Positions 7,296 through 15,426 of a DNA stretch of 64,000 bases are shown here, piece by piece. Below the pieces are notes generated by a model. It saw only the letters and a program-made list of their open reading frames with translations. It did no database searches and was not told the origin of the DNA. Source of the stretch: an uncultured Chlamydiae bacterium (GTDB lineage Bacteria > Chlamydiota > Chlamydiia > Chlamydiales > CALBHK01). Every line of letters starts with the position of its first letter. The stretch's first letter is position 1. The stretch spans positions 2,717 to 66,716 of the forward strand of contig CALBHK010000018.1 of the NCBI GenBank assembly GCA_937894565.1, given 5' to 3'. Position numbers and translations under genes: made by a program.

Positions 7296-8820
7296 TTTTA
7301 GACCTCACTACGTTTTTATATTTTTTCTCTGCAATTTCTCTGCGTTCAATTTCAGTTTTATTTAAAGAAAATCCCATATATTTACAAAGGTGATCGTTTT
7401 TCATAATACAAACGCACATTCTTTTGTAGGTCGGGATTTCCCGAAATTCTTCAATGTCAATATTGTCTAAATATTCCATTGTGATTGTTTTCTTTTTTGT
7501 TTTTCTGTTCGTAGGTTGTCCGTAACCAAACTTTATTTTTTTATCGCGGAGTTTTTCAATTATTTCGTCAGACAAGCATCCGCCCGTGTTTCTCCAAAAA
7601 TCTTGGCTGACATTAAGCTTTTTTCTGTATTGTTCCGCAGCTTCAGAAGGAAGCGTTGAAAGCAAAAACTCCATGTAAGTTTTCCAGGTGTGTCCCTTTG
7701 GTAGCGTAATTGATCTCCAACCCATAGCGGTAGTGCCACCATAAAGACCGGCAAAGTTTACTCCACTAGTGCGTCCGATCATTTTTCCCCAGTTGTTCGG
7801 ATCAATCACTTTATAAAGTTTTAGGTTTTCTATTCCGCAATCATGAAACGGCGAAGCGACTCGCATTTGCGATGGCCTTAATCCTGCTTTGTAAAACAAG
7901 TCATACAGCCTGTTGTAAGGCCAATTCTGTTTTGCATTTGCAATCCAAACGTCGTCAACTTTCCAATCAAAAATAGGGTAAAAATTAAAAATGTTTTCGT
8001 CCATTTGTTTTGACCAACTAATTTCGTTATATTTGTTTTGATTGTTGTCTGAATGAATCGCTCGCCATCGATTTAAGCTTTCATCCGTTCTGATTCCAAC
8101 TAGGCACGCAGTTTTTTTTGCTTTCTTTTTGTTGTGAATCCATCCAGAAAAAAGATCTTGAAAATCATAATCTCTCATTCCCTTTGTGAAAAACTCAAAT
8201 TCGTGATTCATTTCATTAACCGAATTAAGCGGTAAATTTCTAACCCATAAATCTTTTTTGTCGCGGTCCCAAGGAATCCAGTGATCTGCATAAGCCGATG
8301 TTGCGCAGGCGGCGGCGATTGGCAGGCAAATTCTGTATACTTCAAAAACATCGCTGTTTGAATTAAGCGTTTCATCGACATAGTCGGTTGTCATTTGATA
8401 CTGAGCTTCGTAATCAATATGAAAGACGCCAAGTTTTCTTTTTGGAAACGATTCGCGCAAAACTTCTGCTGCAAGATTTAATAAAGCGCCCGAGTCTTTT
8501 CCTCCAGAAAAAGAAACATAGACGTTGTCGAATTCTTCAAAGACTTTTTTTATCCGTGCTTTTGCAGCATCAAAGACATTCATTTTTTTTGCCCTTTCTG
8601 AAAGCTCAATTCTTTTCAAGACGCCATACTCAAAAGAAGCTGGCTTGCTATATCCTAACGATTGCAAATGAGAGTCGTTTTTTAAAATTGCCTTAACGAT
8701 CGCACGATAACTTGGAGCCATGTTCAACGACTCTAGTTTTGAGTCTGCTTCATCGGGCAAATCAAGCGGGTATCCTTGGGATTTCCATTTTTTAATGTAG
8801 TGGTTTATTTTTTCCAACAT
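7279..8820 (-). CDS. PAPS reductase-family PP-loop ATPase with long C-terminal extension (IbrA/DndC-like)
   Basis: PP-loop SFSGGKDSGALL. N-terminus IKKWKSQGYPLDLPDE...APSYRAIVKAILKND. ATG 8820 with GGGAAAG upstream is preferred over TTG 8847. Confidence 0.75.
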   Translation of the reverse strand: MLEKINHYIKKWKSQGYPLDLPDEADSKLESLNMAPSYRAIVKAILKNDSHLQSLGYSKPASFEYGVLKRIELSERAKKMNVFDAAKARIKKVFEEFDNVYVSFSGGKDSGALLNLAAEVLRESFPKRKLGVFHIDYEAQYQMTTDYVDETLNSNSDVFEVYRICLPIAAACATSAYADHWIPWDRDKKDLWVRNLPLNSVNEMNHEFEFFTKGMRDYDFQDLFSGWIHNKKKAKKTACLVGIRTDESLNRWRAIHSDNNQNKYNEISWSKQMDENIFNFYPIFDWKVDDVWIANAKQNWPYNRLYDLFYKAGLRPSQMRVASPFHDCGIENLKLYKVIDPNNWGKMIGRTSGVNFAGLYGGTTAMGWRSITLPKGHTWKTYMEFLLSTLPSEAAEQYRKKLNVSQDFWRNTGGCLSDEIIEKLRDKKIKFGYGQPTNRKTKKKTITMEYLDNIDIEEFREIPTYKRMCVCIMKNDHLCKYMGFSLNKTEIERREIAEKKYKNVVRSKNESSL

Positions 8821-9184
8821 ACATTCTTTCCCAGGTTGCAATTGCAAGATCAGCTTTGGCGTTAGCCCTGTCTTGTTCGTCTTGTGTTAAGTATCCCCAC
8901 GCTTGTCGAGTAACGTCCTCAGGGCAGTTAATAGCAAAGCAACATGCGGCATGACCGATCCATGCTCTGCGATTTGAGTTTGTATTCGTTAAGTGATGCT
9001 CGCATCCAATTTTCCAAACTTGGATCACCTTCATCATGGCTTCACCGTATTTGTCGGCATTAGAAGTAAACTCGTAAGCTTTTTTTAAAAACGCTTTTCT
9101 CTCTTTACCAGAAACGCTTCGCCACATTCCTGCTTTGTAGTCGTCCCATTCCCAATAAGGGTGCCAAACTTTAGTTAAGTTCAT
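8792..9184 (-). CDS. conserved hypothetical protein
   Basis: VWHPYWEWDDYKAGMW...NRRAWIGHAACC looks like a real conserved protein. ATG 9184 is preferred over TTG 9202. Confidence 0.5.
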   Translation of the reverse strand: MNLTKVWHPYWEWDDYKAGMWRSVSGKERKAFLKKAYEFTSNADKYGEAMMKVIQVWKIGCEHHLTNTNSNRRAWIGHAACCFAINCPEDVTRQAWGYLTQDEQDRANAKADLAIATWERMYVGKNKPLH

Positions 9185-9353
9185 ATTTTCTTTCGACTTC
9201 AAAAATTGAATCTGTTATTCTTTGAAAAATTTCGTTTCCTAGAACTGTATCTATTGAGATTTCTTTCAAATCGTCGTTAAAAATAAAAAAGTTTTCTAAT
9301 TCTTTTTTTAAAGTTAAAATTTCTGCCTTTATTTTTTCTTTATTTGTGTTCAT
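9171..9353 (-). CDS. hypothetical small coiled-coil protein
   Basis: ATG 9353 (MNTNKEKIKAEILTLKKELE...) has GGAG upstream. The longer track ORF overlaps the upstream gene heavily. Confidence 0.4.
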   Translation of the reverse strand: MNTNKEKIKAEILTLKKELENFFIFNDDLKEISIDTVLGNEIFQRITDSIFEVERKYELN

Positions 9354-9936
9354 ATCCGAGATCGCTCCAATATTTTTCTGCTTGTTGTTTTTTGGTTTTC
9401 CACTCGCGCACCTTGTCCATGACTTGCGGATGAAATGGCGCAACCTGACCGGCTTCGAATTTTATGTCTGGCTTGAACCACTCAATAGGGCATGGTTTGC
9501 GAATAAACGCGCCGCTCAGGCTCAAATCCCACCGAGGCGCTGCAAGTGACTGGAAAATATGATTCGTGCAATTACAGCGCATCAGCGTGTGATATGAGTT
9601 GTCATCTGGTTTGTGCACAGATATTACGCCAAGATCTCCGCAATAATTGCAATCGATCGGCGCTTGTGATTCGTCGAAAACAAAAGTTTTATTTGCTCTA
9701 AGCCACTCTCTAGCTGCGTCTTTAAAGTCCGTAGGAAGGGGCATTTGCTTCGAGCTTGTCAAGAATCGAATCGAAATATCTCTGAGAGCTTTTAGTGGTA
9801 AATCTTTGATGGCTGCATGATAGAACTTGATTCTGGATTTGTGAGTAATGTTCGGAAAAACTTCATTCATCGAATTCATAATTTCTAAAAAATCTTTGTA
9901 CTCGATTGGATCAATTGCAGGGTTGTGAATTTTCAT
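9340..9936 (-). CDS. hypothetical Cys-rich protein (possible zinc binding)
   Basis: ATG 9936 gives an ATGA overlap with the upstream stop. CNYCGD...MRCNCTNH cysteine cluster. Confidence 0.5.
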   Translation of the reverse strand: MKIHNPAIDPIEYKDFLEIMNSMNEVFPNITHKSRIKFYHAAIKDLPLKALRDISIRFLTSSKQMPLPTDFKDAAREWLRANKTFVFDESQAPIDCNYCGDLGVISVHKPDDNSYHTLMRCNCTNHIFQSLAAPRWDLSLSGAFIRKPCPIEWFKPDIKFEAGQVAPFHPQVMDKVREWKTKKQQAEKYWSDLGYEHK

Positions 9937-10628
9937 AAACCACCGCGCATGATTTCTTCGAATTCTTCGAGTGATACTTTGGGTGGATTTGATGCAAGCG
10001 TTTTGCGGTATTGTTCCCACCCGCGATTAAGCCAAGAATTTAAAAATCTACCCCAATTCGATTTTGGCGCTTTGTGTGGGTTAACCAAAATCCACGATCT
10101 TGCTTTTTTGAATTCAACGTCGAGGTATTCTTTCGGGTAGGTATCAACCCAAGAATTTATTAAATCTTGTTTAATTTGAATTTTTTTATTTTCTGAAATT
10201 TTAAGCTCAACAGTTTCAATTTTTTTCGGTGGGTTCAGAACGGCTTTTGCCGGTTCGGAACATACTAATTCTTTTCTTTTCTTTTCTTTTCCCTTCTTTT
10301 CTTTCTTTTCTATTCTAAAGAAATCGTTTTTTTCAAACGTAACTAGTTGAAAAGACGCTAGTCGTTCTAGTGCGTTTTGTGGTCCTTCCTTTGTCGTAAG
10401 GATGTCGTTAAGCTGTCGTTCGGTTAGCGTAACGGTGTCCTTCGCATAGTCTCCGCATATCAAAAGCAGGTTGATGAACAGCCATTTGCAGCTCAAAGGC
10501 AGGGCGTTGATCTTTGCATCCGATGTCAAATTGTTGGCGATTAGTGTTTTTTTGAAGTGTTTTTTAGTGCCCGGATTATGTTCAATCCAGTTTAAAACGG
10601 TGATTTTATAAATATGATTTTTTGACAT
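9933..10628 (-). CDS. putative DNA-binding / replication-organiser-like protein (function uncertain)
   Basis: 231 aa. First gene after the iteron-like, AT-rich noncoding region. Lys/Glu-rich linker KKEKKGKEKKRKE. Assigned from context only. Confidence 0.3.
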   Translation of the reverse strand: MSKNHIYKITVLNWIEHNPGTKKHFKKTLIANNLTSDAKINALPLSCKWLFINLLLICGDYAKDTVTLTERQLNDILTTKEGPQNALERLASFQLVTFEKNDFFRIEKKEKKGKEKKRKELVCSEPAKAVLNPPKKIETVELKISENKKIQIKQDLINSWVDTYPKEYLDVEFKKARSWILVNPHKAPKSNWGRFLNSWLNRGWEQYRKTLASNPPKVSLEEFEEIMRGGL

Positions 10629-10631
10629 TAT

Positions 10632-10673
10632 CCCCTCGAGCTACCAGCTATCGACAAGAAGCTGGCCGAGGGG
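10632..10673 (-). promoter_or_regulatory. hairpin that sequesters the Shine-Dalgarno of the 9933..10628 gene
   Basis: On the mRNA, CCCCUCG...CGAGGGG (10667-10673 / 10632-10638) plus inner CCAGCU/AGCUGG (10660-10665 / 10644-10649). The 3' arm GAGGGG is the only SD, 4 nt before AUG 10628. Confidence 0.45.
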
Positions 10674-10681
10674 TCGTTATT

Positions 10682-10717
10682 GTCTAAAAACGCTTTACCT
10701 TTGCGTCTAAAAACGCT
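10682..10717. repeat. two 13-nt direct repeats GTCTAAAAACGCT (iteron-like)
   Basis: Exact copies at 10682-10694 and 10705-10717, 23 nt apart, next to the AT-rich tract 10818-10862. Confidence 0.6.
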
Positions 10718-10966
10718 ATGACATGGAGTTCATTTCGTCTCTTGGCGTAGTTGGTAGCGCGTTCCCTTGACATGGTAACGACCACTGGCTGTCTTGCGAC
10801 TTAGGAAATTAACCACCATTTACAATTTTTTTCAACTCAAAAAAATCGATTTTTATATATTTTTGCGTAGTTCGAATTTGAGAGTGACCTAAAAGCAGGC
10901 GATTCTTTTAAATAATTCCACTCGACGCATTTTTTGAAAAAGAAAATCAAAACTGTAAAGATTCTA

Positions 10967-11812
10967 TTAACGCTTTGATTTTGTCTGTTTGATGTAAGCC
11001 TGCGCAATATTGTAATAGTCTAAAGCTGGCCCGTCGATTTGCTTTCCAGTTTTCGCAGCGCCATCCTCTAGATATTTAATCATTCCTTTGTGATCGTTAA
11101 CTGTAAAATCAGTCAGTTTTTTGCCCGCCATTTTACGACCGAAAGAAATCACGAACGAATTGAAATCATACTCAATTTTTGATTTATCAACGGGAGCGGC
11201 GTCTTTAACTTTTTGAATAAAAGACTTTGGCGGCTCAACTGGTTGCGCGTCTTTGATAGGCTCCTGAGTGGCTTGATCCATTTCCTCAGTTGAAAAAATC
11301 CCGCTCATTTCGTTCGGGAAAGCCTTACGAAGCGCAAGCGACTCGGCAACCTTGGCAATCATAAGCGCCGGCATTTTCCCCCACATGAATTCAAGCTTTC
11401 CGTATCTGTCTTTTTTTGCGTACTCATCAAAAAGAGCGATCGCAATCAAAGCATCTCTGAATTTCGTTTTATAAACGCCAACCTTACACGCTTTCGGCGG
11501 TGTTTTTTCAAGCCACACGTCTTTCCAGACGCCGTCCTCGCCGCACCACTGAGGCGCAGTCTGACCCTCATATGCACCGGATCTTTCTGCAACCAATCGA
11601 AGGCCATCAATAGACGCCATAATTGTTAGCCGTCCCTGCATGGGTATCGCATAAATTTGACGTGTGATTGGATCAAGCCCTGTGCGTTTGCACTGAATAG
11701 CAAAGTTTTGTAAATCAGCGCCACTCAATTTGTTTTGATTAGCGATAAGCTGCAAATTTGTGTCAATGTAAACTGCATGGTTTTGTTCTTTAACTACGAT
11801 TTGATTTTCCAT
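10967..11812 (-). CDS. recT: RecT/Bet-family single-strand annealing protein
   Basis: 281 aa. CKRTGLDPITRQIYAIP...ASIDGLRLVAERSG...MIAKVAESLALRKAFP are RecT hallmark motifs. Confidence 0.85.
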   Translation of the reverse strand: MENQIVVKEQNHAVYIDTNLQLIANQNKLSGADLQNFAIQCKRTGLDPITRQIYAIPMQGRLTIMASIDGLRLVAERSGAYEGQTAPQWCGEDGVWKDVWLEKTPPKACKVGVYKTKFRDALIAIALFDEYAKKDRYGKLEFMWGKMPALMIAKVAESLALRKAFPNEMSGIFSTEEMDQATQEPIKDAQPVEPPKSFIQKVKDAAPVDKSKIEYDFNSFVISFGRKMAGKKLTDFTVNDHKGMIKYLEDGAAKTGKQIDGPALDYYNIAQAYIKQTKSKR

Positions 11813-12014
11813 TTTTTTCCATTTCCTTGTTTAACTTATTGATTATTTTTTCAAGTCTTCTTGCCAGTTTATAGCCCTCTGTGTTTTTTTCTTGCTTGTA
11901 CCTCGAGCCGACATTTTCGTAAGAAATATCAGCTTCACTGTCGCAAATCCCAGCGTATTCAAACAGAGAAAGCTTAATTATTTCTAAATCATCTTTTCTT
12001 ATGCTGATTTTCAT
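11790..12014 (-). CDS. hypothetical early protein
   Basis: 74-aa ORF overlapping both neighbours. Confidence 0.45.
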   Translation of the reverse strand: MKISIRKDDLEIIKLSLFEYAGICDSEADISYENVGSRYKQEKNTEGYKLARRLEKIINKLNKEMEKNGKSNRS

Positions 12015-12511
12015 ACGTCCCTCAGCTTTTTCGTGTTCAATGTTTTTTTAAGTGAAAAGTTTTCTTCAAGCTTTGCGCCTTCGACATGAATCCCAGACTT
12101 TAAATCGTCATAGATTTTAGTTTTGTCTGGTTCGTGTACAACCTTAGTCCGCAAATATAAATCATGGAGCTTTGTTTCGTCGTCAATTACGACTTTCGGC
12201 TTTGTTTTCTGTAGCTTAAATATAAAATTGTTACCCTCTAAATCCCCCAAGGCGGCACACGACTTTTTCAGCTCCGACTCAATAAAGCTTTGAGCGGCTT
12301 CAATCGTTTTTATTTTAGCGTCGATTTTCTTTTTAAAGTCTTTGAAATATTCAATCATATACTCAGAGCGATCCAAGAACAGCCCGGCATCATCTGCGCT
12401 TTGTGAAATCTCTAACATCATGTTGTTGATGTCTTCTGTGATCTCTCCTTCTAATAGTTCAAGCTCATTTTGCAGCGACATTGCTTTTTGAGAAATTAAA
12501 GCGGGTTTCAT
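12011..12511 (-). CDS. Gp157-like coiled-coil protein (siphovirus Gp157 family, tentative)
   Basis: 166 aa, helical and charged, immediately upstream of the annealing-protein block, as is usual for Gp157-type genes. Confidence 0.45.
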   Translation of the reverse strand: MKPALISQKAMSLQNELELLEGEITEDINNMMLEISQSADDAGLFLDRSEYMIEYFKDFKKKIDAKIKTIEAAQSFIESELKKSCAALGDLEGNNFIFKLQKTKPKVVIDDETKLHDLYLRTKVVHEPDKTKIYDDLKSGIHVEGAKLEENFSLKKTLNTKKLRDV

Positions 12512-12786
12512 TAAATAGCCTCCTCTGGTTTAATGAAGGTGTCTTTAGAGCCAGCGCAAGCGTCGCTTTCAAGCGCCGTTTGGTATAGATTCCACGCTTT
12601 CACAGTGAGCTTTTCTTCTGGCGTTTGGTTTTTAGAAGAGATTCGAACCTTGCTAAGATCCATTAACCAATGTGTTAAGTCACAATGGTCATTTAAAGCG
12701 TCGATATAAACTAAAACGCGGCAAATTCCCTCGTCGTCGTATTCAATCATCAAATTTTCGTCTTTATCTGAAAACTCTTTGCTCAT
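12511..12786 (-). CDS. hypothetical first gene of leftward early operon
   Basis: 91-aa ORF. Its ATG overlaps the downstream start region (ATGA). Confidence 0.5.
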   Translation of the reverse strand: MSKEFSDKDENLMIEYDDEGICRVLVYIDALNDHCDLTHWLMDLSKVRISSKNQTPEEKLTVKAWNLYQTALESDACAGSKDTFIKPEEAI

Positions 12787-12805
12787 TTGTTAGCCTTTCG
12801 TTTAA

Positions 12806-12840
12806 ATTTGATACACAAGTATTTGAAATCGTGTTCAAAT
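12806..12840. promoter_or_regulatory. imperfect inverted repeat ATTTGATACAC-N14-GTGTTCAAAT (operator candidate)
   Basis: Lies in the 132-bp divergent intergenic region between the leftward operon and the repressor-like gene. Confidence 0.3.
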
Positions 12841-12883
12841 TTCGTTTGAGTAACTTAAATATATAAACAGTGTAACTTACAGG

Positions 12884-12912
12884 TTGACAAAAGTCAAGCT
12901 CAAAGTTATATT
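12884..12912 (+). promoter_or_regulatory. sigma70-type promoter TTGACA-N17-TATATT for the HTH repressor-like gene
   Basis: -35 at 12884-12889 and -10 at 12907-12912. The ATG at 12919 is 7 nt after the -10, implying a leaderless or near-leaderless mRNA. Confidence 0.55.
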
Positions 12913-12918
12913 GTAGAA

Positions 12919-13173
12919 ATGACAAAGAACGAAGTGAAAGTTTTAGACGCCTTTAAAATGAATCTTAAATTTCTTATGTTTGAGATGAACTTAACTCCTG
13001 AGCAATTAGGCGAAAAGCTTGGGGGCATATCGCGCCAGAGCGTCTATAAGATTCTAAATAGTGACGACATGAAAACGAGCACAATCGGCAAGGTTGCAAA
13101 TGCCCTTGGTTACGAAGAAACCGATTTGACCGATCCCAATTTTAAACAAAAATATTTTAATAAAAAAGATTAA
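12919..13173 (+). CDS. HTH (XRE/CI-type) repressor-like protein
   Basis: 84 aa. LTPEQLGEKLGGISRQSVYKILNSDDMKTSTIGKVANALG. Divergent from the early operon. Confidence 0.65.
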   Translation: MTKNEVKVLDAFKMNLKFLMFEMNLTPEQLGEKLGGISRQSVYKILNSDDMKTSTIGKVANALGYEETDLTDPNFKQKYFNKKD

Positions 13174-13213
13174 GCAAAACGCTAAACAGTCCGAATAAAA
13201 CCTTGGAGGATTT

Positions 13214-13540
13214 ATGAGATTTGTTTTTTTTATTGCCTTGGCCCTGATGTTTTCATCGTGTGCTACAACTGCAAACTACGAAAAGACGCTAAAGTCTTGG
13301 GTTGGCGGAAAAGAAAATCAACTTATAATGTCGTGGGGGCTGCCTTCGTCTACCTATAAAACAGATGAGGGAAAGTTTTTGACCTATGATTTTCGTGGAA
13401 ATACAACCTCAACGACAAATGAGGTTTATGGGTATTATTATACAAACACTCGAACACATTACTGTAAAACAACTTTTTTCATCGACAACTCTGGACTTAT
13501 AAAAAGCTATCAATATGAAGGCAGCTCATGCCGACAATAG
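13214..13540 (+). CDS. lipoprotein (possible cargo gene / superinfection exclusion)
   Basis: Signal peptide plus lipobox: MRFVFFIALALMFSSC. GGAGG upstream of the ATG. Confidence 0.6.
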   Translation: MRFVFFIALALMFSSCATTANYEKTLKSWVGGKENQLIMSWGLPSSTYKTDEGKFLTYDFRGNTTSTTNEVYGYYYTNTRTHYCKTTFFIDNSGLIKSYQYEGSSCRQ

Positions 13541-13547
13541 GCCATGA

Positions 13548-13697
13548 ATGACAGAAATGCTGTTAACCTTAGCCTTGTTTTATTATTTAGGCCCTTGGTG
13601 GGCCATTGGGATTGTTTTTGTTTACATGATTGGCTCAATGATAATAACAACTTGGCAGATCACCAGCGACATCAAGAAAGAAAAAGATCGTAAATAA
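13548..13697 (+). CDS. small membrane protein (49 aa)
   Basis: Below track cutoff: MTEMLLTLALFYYLGPWWAIGIVFVYMIGSMIITTWQITSDIKKEKDRK, with two hydrophobic segments. Confidence 0.4.
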   Translation: MTEMLLTLALFYYLGPWWAIGIVFVYMIGSMIITTWQITSDIKKEKDRK

Positions 13698-13725
13698 TTA
13701 CGCAATAAACGTGCATAAATATGCA

Positions 13726-14019
13726 CTATTTGAGTTTTCTAAACATTTGCCAAAGAGTGACAGCGTTCTCAGACATCACAAGAGCGTTGTTGTGACAAAT
13801 CATTTCAATGAAGTTTGCGTCTATCGTAGTGTGATAAGTTCCAATTCGATCAAGCCATGAGTGGGTTAGCTCGTGAATTAAGAGATAATATTTTTCGACC
13901 TCTTCTGGCCCTATTTTTATTTCAGAATTTTCTTGAATCCACTGAGCCGCTGCTTTTTTGTCTGGTGGTTCAATCAACTTAACAGATACTTTTTCGCCAA
14001 GAACATTTAATTTTTTCAC
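13726..14019 (-). CDS. small HExxH-motif protein (metallopeptidase-like)
   Basis: 97 aa with YYLLIHELTHSW. 1-nt spacing to the upstream phosphoesterase gene. Confidence 0.4.
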   Translation of the reverse strand: MKKLNVLGEKVSVKLIEPPDKKAAAQWIQENSEIKIGPEEVEKYYLLIHELTHSWLDRIGTYHTTIDANFIEMICHNNALVMSENAVTLWQMFRKLK

Positions 14020-14020
14020 G

Positions 14021-14776
14021 TTACCCTCGATACAATTTGCCGTTAACGACGCATGTATAGTTGTCTAAAATGTGTATTTTGTGATGATAGAAATAGCCGG
14101 ATTTATCATCGACAAAGACAAGACCAAAACCTAACTGCCACTGATGATGTGTTTTTACATAACCAAATATTTTATCGAGAGACTTATCGCCGAGCCAACC
14201 AACAGAAAAGCAAACGTGATTAGTGCCATCAAGACCAACCAAGTGCGACTCTTCAATGCGATGAATATGTCCATATAAGAGCGAACAAAGAGCCTTTGAT
14301 GCGGTAGCCTTTGCGCTTGATGCAAGCGGCTCATGTCGTGCGGTCAAGTATGAATTTAAAACTTTGTATCGCTGATTCGGGCCATAATGAATATATTTCC
14401 AGTTTGAACGCTTGGAAATATTGAGTAAAAAATCAAACTGCGTAACACCGAAAAGCTCAGGGCACTTTGTGTTAATATATCTCTCAAACCTGTACTCGTG
14501 ATTTCCTTGCAAATAGACTTTTTTCGTCTTAGGAAAAAGCTCATCAATTTCGTCAAGCCCTTTATTTACGTCATCAATCTCATCAATCAATGATGTAACC
14601 ACTCCGGCGTCTTTTCCGTGACCCGTTAAGTTATAAATGTCTGCATAGTCTCCGAGAATAACAAGCTCATCAAGGCCGACATCCTTAAACACTTGAAGCA
14701 TAAGAGCATAGGCCCGCTTGTCGTGAAATGGTCGGTGGGTGTCTGGAATAATCCCCGCGCATTTAAGCATTGTCAC
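14021..14776 (-). CDS. calcineurin-like metallophosphoesterase
   Basis: 251 aa. Motifs IPDTHRP, LGDYADIY, GNHEYR and GHIHR. Confidence 0.75.
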   Translation of the reverse strand: MTMLKCAGIIPDTHRPFHDKRAYALMLQVFKDVGLDELVILGDYADIYNLTGHGKDAGVVTSLIDEIDDVNKGLDEIDELFPKTKKVYLQGNHEYRFERYINTKCPELFGVTQFDFLLNISKRSNWKYIHYGPNQRYKVLNSYLTARHEPLASSAKATASKALCSLLYGHIHRIEESHLVGLDGTNHVCFSVGWLGDKSLDKIFGYVKTHHQWQLGFGLVFVDDKSGYFYHHKIHILDNYTCVVNGKLYRG

Positions 14777-14895
14777 CTCTGTTAAAGCGTGACGACTTAT
14801 TTTTTTATCATCTTGTTATAGATTGCAAACTAGACAAAAGATCAGATCAAAAACTATAAAAAGATTTTAGATTTAAAACATTCAAAAATTAAAGC

Positions 14896-15129
14896 ATGGA
14901 AACCGAAGCCCTCCCCCAGGACGAACTAATCATCATGCACCTAATGGACGACGAGCTCTTTCGTGAAAGCTTAGAAACAGAATACGGGAAAATCATTAAA
15001 ATGTATCCGGATTGGCGAACAGATCAACTCGTTTATGAGTTTTTAGATGGCTCTGCAAAGTATTCAATTTTAAGTGAGATCGTTAAGACGCTAAAAGACT
15101 TAGACTATTTGAATTCATTTCTCCACTGA
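14896..15129 (+). CDS. hypothetical acidic protein
   Basis: 77-aa ORF. Convergent 15-nt overlap with the RHH-like gene. Confidence 0.4.
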   Translation: METEALPQDELIIMHLMDDELFRESLETEYGKIIKMYPDWRTDQLVYEFLDGSAKYSILSEIVKTLKDLDYLNSFLH

Positions 15130-15360
15130 ATCAATGGCCGAACGAATGAGCTTTTGAATGAGCTTACCGAGCTTTCGGCCTGATAAATCCTGAAGCCTAT
15201 CATATTTTTCTTTGTATTCCGGTTCCACCCAAATTGTAATGCCGCTTTGAGCTTTTCTGTAGCCTTCTTGAGATCCAGAAATGTCTAGGCTTTTGATCTC
15301 TGCGATTGCTGTTTCAATGCTTTCAATTCGGTTTTTTACATCATTCATTATTTTGAGCAT
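15115..15360 (-). CDS. ribbon-helix-helix-like DNA-binding protein (tentative)
   Basis: 81 aa. C-terminal ITIWVEPEYKEKYDRLQDLSGRKLGKLIQKLIRSAI has a strand-helix-helix pattern. Divergent from the late operon. Confidence 0.4.
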   Translation of the reverse strand: MLKIMNDVKNRIESIETAIAEIKSLDISGSQEGYRKAQSGITIWVEPEYKEKYDRLQDLSGRKLGKLIQKLIRSAIDSVEK

Positions 15361-15383
15361 AACTATTTTTTTAATAATTTAAA

Positions 15384-15404
15384 GTTATAACTAGGTTATA
15401 GTTC
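15384..15404 (+). promoter_or_regulatory. palindromic late-operon motif GTTATAACTAGGTTATAGTTC (copy 1 of 3)
   Basis: Ends 23 nt upstream of the small terminase ATG. Related copies at 17642-17663 and 25005-25027. Confidence 0.5.
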
Positions 15405-15426
15405 AATATTCTTGAAATATTGAAGC

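Noticed and set aside
10734-10795. tRNA-like fragment: GCGT-AGTTGGTA-GCGC D-arm-like element and TTCCC-TTGACAT-GGTAA anticodon-arm-like element (GAC)
   Set aside because: There is no T-arm (ACTGGCTGTCTT has no complementary strand and no TTCGA loop). There is no acceptor-stem complement, and the anticodon stem has a mismatch. It is at most a decayed fragment and is not callable as a tRNA or an att remnant.
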